This document shows, in pieces, positions 27,101 to 33,432 of a DNA stretch of 36,577 nucleotides (position 1 is the stretch's first letter; each line of letters begins with the position of its first letter). A model generated the notes under the pieces. It was not told the origin of the DNA. It saw only the letters and a list, made by a program, of their open reading frames with translations, and did no database searches. Both the position numbers and the translations under genes were made by a program. Source of the stretch: Komarekiella delphini-convector SJRDD-AB1 (lineage in GTDB: Bacteria; Cyanobacteriota; Cyanobacteriia; Cyanobacteriales; Nostocaceae). The stretch is from the NCBI RefSeq assembly GCF_014831675.1, contig NZ_VJXY01000060.1, positions 1 to 36,577 on the forward strand, in the 5' to 3' direction.

Positions 27101-28447
27101 GTAGTGACTGCCCGTGAAGATGCTTTCGGCGAGCAAAGCTTAGTAGCTTACATCATCCCGCAGGAATCAGCACCCACAATTAGCAAGATCCGAGGCTTCC
27201 TCTCCACTAAGCTGCCACAGTACATGATTCCTTCTGGTTTTGTATTTTTAGATAGCTTGCCACTAACAGCCAACGGTAAGATAGACCGTCGCGCTTTGCC
27301 TGCACCTTCTCACATTAATAACTCAAGCACATTTGTCGAACCCCGTAACCAATTAGAGCTACAACTGGTGCAAATTTGGTCAAAGATTCTTCAACTTGAC
27401 AAGGTGGGAGTACAAGATAACTTTTTTGACCTTGGCGGTCATTCTCTTTTAGCTCCCTACTTAATGGCTCAAATTAAACAGCAGTTTGGTAAAAATATCC
27501 CTTTAGCAAGCCTGTTCCAAAATCCAACTATTGAACAGTTGGCGACAATTGTGCAAATAGACTCGGATAGCTCAAATTCGTCTTTGATACCAATTCAGCC
27601 AAACGGTTCAAACTCACCTTTCTTCTGTGTGCCTGGCGCTGGTGGCGAACCTTTCTACTTATATCACCTAGGGCGTTATTTAGGAGCAGACCAACCGTTA
27701 TACAGTTTTCAACCAAACAATATAAATGAACAATTAAAGCCAGCCACCCGAATTAAAGATATGGCTAGTAATTATATTCAAGCGATGCAAGCTGTTCAGC
27801 CGCAAGGGCCATACTTTTTGGGAGGGCATTCTTTTGGAGGCAAAGTAGCTTTTGAAATGGCCCAGCAGTTGCTTCATCAAGGACATCAGGTGGCGCTACT
27901 TATGATTATTGATACTACTGCACCAACCTCTAATGAAAGGCAAACACGTCTTGATTGTCTTGATTGGGATCATGCTAAATGGCTAATTGACTTGATCAAA
28001 ACAGTAGAAGTTGCGCTAGTAACGAACATGAATATTTCTTACGATACCCTGCGATCGCTGCCTGTGGAGGAGCAACTAAAATACGTTTTACAACATTTGA
28101 AAATGGTTAATATGCTTCCTCCTAACGCTGAAACTACACAGTTGAAAAATATCATCCAAACTTATAAAGCTAATTCTCTATGTCTAATTGATTATGTACC
28201 AAAACATATCTATCCTGGTCGAATTACGCTTCTACGCGCCAGCGAACCTCTTGGGGAAAATTATGCTAGAAAGTTACCTTCTGAAATGTTACAGGATTCA
28301 GCCTTGAGTTGGAACAAGTTTTCTTGCAAACCAGTGAATGTCGATTTTCTTCCAGGCAATCATGTGACGATGATGGCTGAACCCCATGTCCAGGTATTAG
28401 CCGAACGGTTGAAAGCTTACATCGAGCAAGCACAAGCAAACATCTAA
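20957..28447 (+). CDS. bimodular NRPS: dock-C-A-T-C-A-T-TE (modules 3 and 4, chain release)
   Basis: - Dock: 'IKQLVSELSQQGVKLRVEGEQLRVNAPKG'.
- C3: 'HHIVFDGWS'.
- A3: 'LAYVIYTSGSTGTPKGV', 'FDVFAKD' (D235 at 23150), 'VLNFPA', 'ITIGGE', 'NGYGPTETTIQA' and 'NGKVDR' (K at 24074).
- T3: 'FFELGGHSLL'.
- C4: 'LPLSYAQQRLWF' and 'HHIVSDGWS'.
- A4: 'AYIFFTSGSTGVPKGV', 'FDAILRD' (D235 at 26396), 'VVHTVP', 'FFSGE', 'NLYGATETTLVK' and 'NGKIDR' (K at 27278).
- T4: 'FFDLGGHSLL'.
- TE: 'FFCVPGAGG' and 'GGHSFGG'.
- No E domains are present. Confidence 0.95.
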   Translation: MEVIFVNIKQLVSELSQQGVKLRVEGEQLRVNAPKGVLTAETRDLLAKNKAELILLLEQKNAITTDTNLPLIKGDRTQNLPLSFAQEQIWLLSQLEPDNPFYNELVALRLQGHLNITALEQSLNKIIARHEALRTNFRTINEQPVQVIAETLTLNVPVIDLTELPEREITLGQLATAKATRPFNLANSPLIQACVVKLTEVEHVFLLTIHHIVFDGWSTGVLMRELASIYSALCHNSSPQLPELPIQYADFAIWQRQLWKTGVIQKQLNYWKQQLKNAPTLLELPTDRPRPAIQTFRGARQYIELPIELSEALTNFSKQERASLFMTLFTAYVTLLYRYTGSDDIVVGMPIANRDRLEIEGLIGFFVNTLVLRTDLSGKPSFQQLLGRVRQVTLEAYAHPDLPFEELVKALQPQRDLSHTPLFQVLFAFQNVPASGVEMTGLTVSPFAAESATAKFDLTLSMQNTATGLVGMWEYNTDLFDAGTIERMAGHFVTLLEAIIANPQQQISQLPLLTEAKQQKLLVEWNNTQVEYPRDKCIHQLFEEQVERTPDAVAVVFGDRQLTYHELNCRANQLAHYLRTLGVKPDTLVGICVERSLEMLVGLLGILKAGGAYVPLDPEYPTERLHFMLEDAQVSVLLTQQHLVEKLPEHQAKLIYLDTQWEGIGQSSQDNLISDVQATNLAYVIYTSGSTGTPKGVMIEHQSLVNFTKAEVTQWGINQKDCILQFSSFSFDVFAKDIYPCLSVGGTLVLRTEQMLNSWFALIAGIERWQITVLNFPAAYWHELVTELARTNKSLSPNLRLITIGGERLLPEKIKLWYEHIQKNSDLSKLATSPQLINGYGPTETTIQASGCLLSAQMCDALYSIPIGRPIPNTQIYILDSNLQTVPVGVPGELHIGGAGLARGYLNRPELTQEKFIPNPFEEVQGSRLYKTGDLARYLPDGNIEYIGRIDNQVKIRGFRIELGEIETVLSQHGDVQASCVIAREDIPGDKRLVAYVMLHQHYTSRINELRHFLKAKLPEYMVPNAIVILEYLPLTPNGKVDRRALPAPDLHSEPKGKFVAPRTPVEEMLTQIWAQVLKVEQVGIHDNFFELGGHSLLATQLLSRIGNIFQVELPLRSLFAAATVAELGHLIEQLQQQKLELTSPPILPRPKDAELPLSYAQQRLWFLDQLQPDSGSYNMPLTLHLVGTLNQPALKQSLQEIIRRHEALRTNFITVDGKPSQVIQTQTNWTLSIINCEDLPKSKKEIAIQQLAQKQAIQSFNLADEPLVKATLVVLSETEHALLVFIHHIVSDGWSMGVFIQELAALYNAYSQGQPSPLAPLPIQYADFAIWQRKWLQGDVLQSQLSYWQQQLANAPALSSLPTDRPRGAVQTYHGAYQEFILSKELSVALKQLSQKEGVTLFMTLLAAFQILLWRYSGQDDICIGTPIANRNRTEIEPLIGFFVNTLVLRTRLDGNPSFKQLLSRVREVALGAYAHQDLPFEMLVEALQPERNLSHNPIFQVWFNLMNLADTQPKLFELSVEPISIPEAASKFDLSLYVTEHKQEITLQVVYNSDLFTSERMVEMLQQFHHLLNQIVVVPDSAIAFYSLVTPQARLLLPDPTTAIPQPEYELVTTTFTSWVNSSPELSAVCQGSRTWNYGELGKSSQALARVMLSHGIERGDVVALYGTSSFGLIASVIAILLSGGVLMTLDPQLPDERQRLILKEAQAKYILDLDGQHPEAQELWQSLTVIRINKDTAEPINHRQQSSHPIPLPEISGDEPAYIFFTSGSTGVPKGVLGCHKGIAHFISWQRQTFGISQQDRIAQLTKLSFDAILRDIFLPLTSGATLCLPAAGDNLEPTKILRYLEREQISVVHTVPSLAQSWLANVPKEVSVHNLRWLFFSGEPLKETLIRRWRDAFPQAGEIINLYGATETTLVKCYYQVPSKPTPGVQPVGRPMPETQALVLGVNHQLCGIGEPGEIILRTPFRSLGYINAPEEMRSRFVKNHFRNDDQDLLYYTGDRGRYLPDGSLEILGRQDHQVKIRGIRIELGEIETVLAQHPSVHQTVVTAREDAFGEQSLVAYIIPQESAPTISKIRGFLSTKLPQYMIPSGFVFLDSLPLTANGKIDRRALPAPSHINNSSTFVEPRNQLELQLVQIWSKILQLDKVGVQDNFFDLGGHSLLAPYLMAQIKQQFGKNIPLASLFQNPTIEQLATIVQIDSDSSNSSLIPIQPNGSNSPFFCVPGAGGEPFYLYHLGRYLGADQPLYSFQPNNINEQLKPATRIKDMASNYIQAMQAVQPQGPYFLGGHSFGGKVAFEMAQQLLHQGHQVALLMIIDTTAPTSNERQTRLDCLDWDHAKWLIDLIKTVEVALVTNMNISYDTLRSLPVEEQLKYVLQHLKMVNMLPPNAETTQLKNIIQTYKANSLCLIDYVPKHIYPGRITLLRASEPLGENYARKLPSEMLQDSALSWNKFSCKPVNVDFLPGNHVTMMAEPHVQVLAERLKAYIEQAQANI
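27569..28444 (+). other. type I thioesterase domain
   Basis: 'FFCVPGAGGEPFYLY', the nucleophile elbow 'GGHSFGG', 'MIIDT' (Asp) and 'PGNHVTMM' (His) are all present. Confidence 0.85.
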
Positions 28448-28578
28448 GTGCAAAGATGGTTCTTTCCCTTATACTCCTACACCCTTATACCCAAAAGCCA
28501 ACTATATTGGGGGGTTTGCGCTTTACAAGCCTGCTATTTGCAGCGAAACCATAGCAATCACTGATTGGAAAAATATTT

Positions 28579-29376
28579 ATGAATAAAAAACTACCAATGC
28601 TTGGAGTTTTAGGCGGTATGGGGCCTGTAGTTACTGCCGAATTTCTTAAATCTATTTATGAATATAACCAGTTTATTGACAAGGAACAAGAAGCACCTAA
28701 CGTCATTGTGTTCTCACTTCCTTCTGCACCCGATCGCACGAGTTCTATAAATAATGGGAATGAAAGAGAATTTATTGATTTTATTCAACTGCATCTCGAA
28801 AATCTCAATAAATTGGTTGACCGTATAGTGATTAGCTGTTGTACATCTCATTATGCTCTGACTCATATCCCAGAACATCTTACTAATAAAGTAATTTCCT
28901 TAATTCAAATCGCAGATCAACAACTTCAAGAACATGATGAACCTGCCCTTTTGCTGGCAAGCACAGGCACTTATCATAAAAAATTGTTTCACGAAGGTTG
29001 TAATGGTGCAAATCGCATTATTTCTCTATCTGAAAAAGACCAATACTCAATTCATGAGATGATTTATCGAGTACTTAAACCAGGACAAGATCCACTCACA
29101 ATTCTTGGAAATATTCAAGCATTGTTACATAAATATAATACTCGTTCTTATATTTCGGGTTGTACAGAATTTCATTTATTCACAAAATCTCTCAAGCTCA
29201 ATAAAATTGATTCTATAAAAGCGATCGATCCTTTAACTACTATTGCCCAAAACTTTTATCAGCTATTAGAGCCAGCTACATCTAATTCTATTTTGTTCAA
29301 AGATAAAATAAAATTACCTAACCAATTTAATTCACCAAATATTAATTATAAAACGGCTTTATGTGAAACAATTTAA
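28579..29376 (+). CDS. Asp/Glu-racemase-family enzyme (McyF-like aspartate racemase)
   Basis: 'MLGVLGGMGPVVTAEF' is the N-terminal signature. Two catalytic-Cys boxes, 'ISCCTSHY' and 'ISGCTEFH', correspond to the CNTAH and GCTE boxes of the PLP-independent Asp/Glu racemase family. Confidence 0.8.
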   Translation: MNKKLPMLGVLGGMGPVVTAEFLKSIYEYNQFIDKEQEAPNVIVFSLPSAPDRTSSINNGNEREFIDFIQLHLENLNKLVDRIVISCCTSHYALTHIPEHLTNKVISLIQIADQQLQEHDEPALLLASTGTYHKKLFHEGCNGANRIISLSEKDQYSIHEMIYRVLKPGQDPLTILGNIQALLHKYNTRSYISGCTEFHLFTKSLKLNKIDSIKAIDPLTTIAQNFYQLLEPATSNSILFKDKIKLPNQFNSPNINYKTALCETI

Positions 29377-29435
29377 TCTATTAGTCACTCATCCTATAAA
29401 TTTCCAATACTGAAGCAGGGTTAACTCTATTAACA

Positions 29436-29735
29436 ATGTCTTCGAGCAAGCAGAAAATAAACGGGAGCAATGCTAAATCAGGACTTACGCAAAAATCGTC
29501 ATCACTGCGATTGACGACTAAGGAATTCAAAAAGGGAGAGCGCGTAATGCTCCGTTCTCATGATCAGGTGACAAAGCAACGGCTAGTTCTGGGCATTCAA
29601 CTAATCAACGAATCGTGGTTTTACTTTGTCGAGTGGATGCCACCTGCACTAGAAGAATGCACTAGTCTGGACAATCGCCTGGCTCTTGTACAAGAGAAAG
29701 ATTTAGTACGAGTGGTTTTTAACAGTAAACAGTAA
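29436..29735 (+). CDS. hypothetical 99-aa protein (coding status uncertain)
   Basis: An ORF only, with no recognisable motif. Its last codons and stop ('NSKQ*') lie inside an STRR heptamer run. Confidence 0.35.
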   Translation: MSSSKQKINGSNAKSGLTQKSSSLRLTTKEFKKGERVMLRSHDQVTKQRLVLGIQLINESWFYFVEWMPPALEECTSLDNRLALVQEKDLVRVVFNSKQ

Positions 29736-29748
29736 ACAGTAAACAGTA
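29721..29748. repeat. STRR-like heptamer run (aacagta x4)
   Basis: Read directly from the sequence. It overlaps the stop codon of ORF 29436-29735. Confidence 0.7.
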
Positions 29749-29880
29749 AAGAGTTATCAGTGATCTATTTATCCCTGAATCTAAACCTACTCCTGTTAAC
29801 TGATAACTGATAACCGACAACTAATTTCAGTGATTTGCGATCACTTAGTTACATAGATGATGAATCATAACTCTATGGTA

Positions 29881-30111
29881 TCAGTTTTCGCTTTCATCCC
29901 TCGTACTATATACAGACTTGCTCAAATTTTCATCTATCAAAAATAACAAAGCAATATGCTCGCGGTCATTGGAGTATATCCTATGATTCAGCAACGCCTA
30001 CCAACCTTGGATAATACCTGTCAATACAAAGGGATAGCTCGCTTCTTCTATACCAGACTGATCATCAATTGCGATCGCCTGTATTTTATTGTGGTTATAC
30101 TTTGAAAACAT
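29881..30111 (-). pseudogene. 76-codon reading frame interrupted by one in-frame TAG (codon 38), unknown family
   Basis: Hand translation of the - strand from ATG 30111 gives 'MFSKYNHNKIQAIAIDDQSGIEEASYPFVLTGIIQGW*ALLNHRIYSNDREHIALLFLIDENLSKSVYSTRDESEN*'. The TAG is at 29998-30000 and the TGA at 29881-29883. The frame is absent from the ORF track because each half is shorter than 60 aa. Confidence 0.25.
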
Positions 30112-30147
30112 GCCCTAGCCAGGCAGAGCCGTCAATTCTATTTTTTA

Positions 30148-30966
30148 TCACACTTGTTGTAGTAAAACATCATCTTCTACAGGTTGCAGTGGAGTATAAT
30201 CCCGACACACTAAGAATTCTGGTCTTGGCTTGCCAGAGGGACGTGGAATATTCTCGATACTGTTATAGGTAATGAGCAATAGTCTACGAGGGTAAGGAGA
30301 GATATTAGGGACTGAGCTATGAGCTATACTGCCGTGAAAGAAGAGAACAGATCCAGCACAACCAACAGGAGCTATTATACCTCCCCTTTTAACGAGTCGA
30401 GTTATAGTTGCATTATCTAGACAGTACTTAAGATTAGCACTGACATTAGCTTCCCAACTAACATCTTCGCTTTCAACTGCGGATTTATGCATCTCAAATC
30501 TGATAAGTCCTTCTTTATGGGAACCAGAAATCAAATACAGCGGGCCATTAAACTGATTAACTTCATCCAAGAAGATGCCGACATTGACTATTCTAGGTTC
30601 TGGCATACCATCTTCCTCATACCAAAATGCATAGTCTTGATGCCAAGGCCAAATATCGCCAGTAAAAGCAGCTTTCATGTTGATCTTGAACTGATAAAGA
30701 TAGACCGAATCTCCTAAAATTTGTTGAGCAGGTTCTAACAAAAGTGGATGTTGAATCAAACTCTGGAAAATTTTGCTGTGGATATGAACCCCATGAAGAG
30801 CTCGTATCGTTTGGTTGTCCTTTTCCATCATTCGTCCAGAGGAATTCTCTGGTAATAGTGAAAGTTCTTCGCGCAAAACACTAACTTCTGCCTCAGAGAA
30901 ATAATTGGGGAGAAATAACATCCCCTCATCTTCGTACTTTCGTATCTGATCTTGGGTAAGTTTCAT
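30148..30966 (-). CDS. Fe(II)/2-oxoglutarate-dependent oxygenase, PhyH/ectoine-hydroxylase-like
   Basis: 'LTQDQIRKYEDEGMLFLPNYFS' is a PhyH-type N-terminus. 'GDIWPWHQDYAFWYEEDGMPEP' closely resembles the EctD signature (W-H-S-D-F-E-T-W-H-x-E-D-G-M-P) and contains the H-x-D iron ligands. 'FFHGSIAHSSVPN' supplies the distal His. Confidence 0.85.
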   Translation of the reverse strand: MKLTQDQIRKYEDEGMLFLPNYFSEAEVSVLREELSLLPENSSGRMMEKDNQTIRALHGVHIHSKIFQSLIQHPLLLEPAQQILGDSVYLYQFKINMKAAFTGDIWPWHQDYAFWYEEDGMPEPRIVNVGIFLDEVNQFNGPLYLISGSHKEGLIRFEMHKSAVESEDVSWEANVSANLKYCLDNATITRLVKRGGIIAPVGCAGSVLFFHGSIAHSSVPNISPYPRRLLLITYNSIENIPRPSGKPRPEFLVCRDYTPLQPVEDDVLLQQV

Positions 30967-31029
30967 GGTAGTTCGCCTTTCTATTTATAATTAGTGGGAC
31001 TTTAAAACTTTCTGGCATGAAAAATCTCT

Positions 31030-31047
31030 AAACCCCTTGTGGGGTTT
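31030..31047 (-). terminator. weak stem-loop (aaacccc-ttgt-ggggttt) followed on the - strand by 'agagattttt'; possible attenuator between the two oxygenase genes
   Basis: A 7-bp stem with a 4-nt loop, read directly from the sequence. The T-run is short and offset, so the call is tentative. Confidence 0.3.
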
Positions 31048-31092
31048 GTCTGACAAATTTCTTAACAGAATCTTATGAAAATGTACCCATCC

Positions 31093-32082
31093 TTAACTTA
31101 ATAGGGCCAGATTAATTGTTGTATTGTAATATCCACTTCGCATAACTAACTGTAGATTGCATACTGAATCGTTGAAAATTTCAAACTCTAAATGTCGCTC
31201 GCAAGTCCAACCATTAAAGCAAAAGCGTGTCGGAGAAATGGGAACCAGTGAGATTAATGGTCTCTCTTCTACGAAGAATACAATCTGCCCGTTTAGTAGT
31301 CTTATACTTGCATCAAATGCACCAGGAATTCCATCATCCGTCTCGAAAATCCCCTTCATCAGACCTGCTGGAATTATAAATTTACATTCAAATTTCTTGA
31401 GTTCTTCTTCAGTAAGATCTATTGGCTCTTGATGCTTGATGATGCCATTAGCTCTAACTTTACAAACAAAGTCCTCAGGAAATAGGCTTAATACAAAATC
31501 ATTAATACAGACATCAATGATCAAATGTATCCTATCCAAAGAACTGTTATTCATCACCCAGTGAGGTTTTGCAAAGTTACCATACCAAAGTTGACCAGCT
31601 TCCCACTTACAGCGATCGCCGTCAATTACTATTACTACATCCTCATGAGTAACAAGCGGTATGTGTAAACGTATTTGTCCGTATTTAAAGTCATGATAAG
31701 TATCACAATGCTCTTGAATAGAAGCCCCTGCTGGCAGCAGAGATAAGCGGATACTTCGTTTATGACATTTTAAGCTGTCAATGATTTCTTTAAAATAAGG
31801 AGTATGCTTCAGAATTGCTGTTTCTTCAAATGGCTCTAAACCCGGCCCACCTGGATCAGATTTGTCCCATCTTCCTCCTTGCGATTTTAAACTTAGACCT
31901 TTCCACTTGCCATCATGGAAAACTGTCGGGGAAGAACCCCATAAATCTTTGAGCGAAAAAGGTTCCTCTGGTATCCAGCTAAATGAATTGACTATTTTTA
32001 GTTCTTCTTGAATTCTTGCAATATCAAAAGACATTCCTAATGAGATAGAAGAGGGTAGCTTTTCTGTTTTTAGTTCAACCAT
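31093..32082 (-). CDS. aspartyl/asparaginyl beta-hydroxylase-family (cupin) oxygenase with extra N- and C-terminal regions
   Basis: 'LLPAGASIQEHCDTYHDFKYGQIRLHIPLVTHEDVVIVIDGDRCKWEAGQLWYGNFAKPHWVMNNSSLDRIHLIID' fits the AspH/LpxO-family core pattern (pH.D....R.H.PL....l.v.g....W..G.....f....H.v.N.s...R..L..D). Confidence 0.75.
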   Translation of the reverse strand: MVELKTEKLPSSISLGMSFDIARIQEELKIVNSFSWIPEEPFSLKDLWGSSPTVFHDGKWKGLSLKSQGGRWDKSDPGGPGLEPFEETAILKHTPYFKEIIDSLKCHKRSIRLSLLPAGASIQEHCDTYHDFKYGQIRLHIPLVTHEDVVIVIDGDRCKWEAGQLWYGNFAKPHWVMNNSSLDRIHLIIDVCINDFVLSLFPEDFVCKVRANGIIKHQEPIDLTEEELKKFECKFIIPAGLMKGIFETDDGIPGAFDASIRLLNGQIVFFVEERPLISLVPISPTRFCFNGWTCERHLEFEIFNDSVCNLQLVMRSGYYNTTINLALLS

Positions 32083-32115
32083 TTTTAGATCTCCTAAACT
32101 GACTATATTGAGAGA

Positions 32116-33432
32116 TTAACTTGTGACAATATCGGGCAATTCGTGTTCTACTAACCTTAAGGGAGCATATTGATAGGCAGTAATAGTCATCAACATAGTT
32201 AATGTTCCAAAAACAATAAACATTAGACCAATACCTCGACCGGGCCCGGTTCCGATGAGTTTTCCGATATTTCCGGCGAGAGCACCATTAACTGTCATTA
32301 AAGGTTCAAATATTCTGTCTGCTAAAGGGCCAGCAACAAGATAAGCTAAGGGTAAACAGGAGCCACTAATCGCATTCTTAAGAGAGAAAACTCTTCCTTG
32401 TACATCAGGAGCAACTTTCTTTTGAAAAATTACTTGACATGAACTGCTGATAAAAGGGAGTCCAAGAAAAAATAGAAAAGCAGCTATGTTAAGCATGAAA
32501 ATGGAAGGATAAAACCCTGCAACTATCATGGAAAATCCGTTAAGCAGCATGAAGCAGAAAAATATATTGATATAGTTTTGCCGTCCACTTCCCCAAGTAC
32601 TCATAAGCAGGCCGCCTGTTAGCATACCCACACCGCCAAGGGACATGATAGTGCCAAGTTGAGCTGAGGAAGCAAAGGAGAGTATTAAGGGATAAATGAG
32701 TACTTGAAGAATTCCAACAAGAAAGTTGCTACTAGCAAGAAATAATAATAGAGCCAGTAGTCCAGAACGAGCCTTCAGATAATGGAAACCATAAATAGCT
32801 TGTGTGAGTAGTGAGGTTTTATTAATTTGCTGGTGACGTGTTACTTTGTGGTGAGGAAATCGAACCAAGAGTAGAGTAGTTAGGGCAAATACAAAACTGC
32901 CCAAGTCTACAATAAAAATTCCTGATAGCTGTATGATTCCTAGGAGTACACCACCTAAAATGGGAGAAAAAAGTTGTCCTAAAGCGTATGCTAAATGAGT
33001 CATTCCACTGGCTCTACCTAAGTATTTCTTGGGTACTAACAAGGTAGTGGCAGCGCTGTAAGCAGGCCATTGGAATGCACTGAAGCTAGAAATTACTGCA
33101 CTTGCCAGATATATATGCCAAATTTGTATTTTTCCGGTGACCAGTAAGGCGGCTAGAGTTAGGGTACTTAAAGCTGCACCTGAATCGCTGAGAATCATCA
33201 CCCAACGGCGGTTCCAACTGTCTACTAAGACACCAGCAAAAGGAGAAATGATGACGCTAGGGAGAGTAGTGAACAGAATTAGAAAAGATAGCTGGGTAAC
33301 GGAACCACTCTGCTGATAAACCCAAACATCAAGAGCAAAGTTGCTCAGACTAGATCCCAATAAAGAGACTAGTTGCCCCAACCAGACCACAATGAAAATC
33401 GACATTCCTTCAATTTTGAGTGGTTTGGGCAT
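32116..33432 (-). CDS. MFS transporter (EntS/DHA3-like efflux type)
   Basis: It is a highly hydrophobic protein that looks like 12 transmembrane segments. 'GVLVDSWNRRWVM' is the D-R-x-x-R-R-like loop 2-3 motif of the enterobactin-exporter/macrolide-efflux MFS subfamily. ATG 33432 overlaps the NRPS 3' end by 23 nt; an alternative Met10 lies at 33405. Confidence 0.85.
   Translation of the reverse strand: MPKPLKIEGMSIFIVVWLGQLVSLLGSSLSNFALDVWVYQQSGSVTQLSFLILFTTLPSVIISPFAGVLVDSWNRRWVMILSDSGAALSTLTLAALLVTGKIQIWHIYLASAVISSFSAFQWPAYSAATTLLVPKKYLGRASGMTHLAYALGQLFSPILGGVLLGIIQLSGIFIVDLGSFVFALTTLLLVRFPHHKVTRHQQINKTSLLTQAIYGFHYLKARSGLLALLLFLASSNFLVGILQVLIYPLILSFASSAQLGTIMSLGGVGMLTGGLLMSTWGSGRQNYINIFFCFMLLNGFSMIVAGFYPSIFMLNIAAFLFFLGLPFISSSCQVIFQKKVAPDVQGRVFSLKNAISGSCLPLAYLVAGPLADRIFEPLMTVNGALAGNIGKLIGTGPGRGIGLMFIVFGTLTMLMTITAYQYAPLRLVEHELPDIVTS

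Noticed and set aside
9402-28447. Epimerisation domains and an embedded N-methyltransferase within the NRPS genes
   Set aside because: Each T domain is followed directly by a C domain, a TE or a short tail. The A8-A9 regions are contiguous with no ~400-aa insertion. ORF lengths fit C-A-T (about 1100 aa) and C-A-T-C-A-T-TE (about 2500 aa).
30069-30272. + strand 67-aa ORF overlapping the 3' end of the PhyH-like gene
   Set aside because: It is antisense to a CDS with clear Fe/2OG-oxygenase motifs and has no features of its own.
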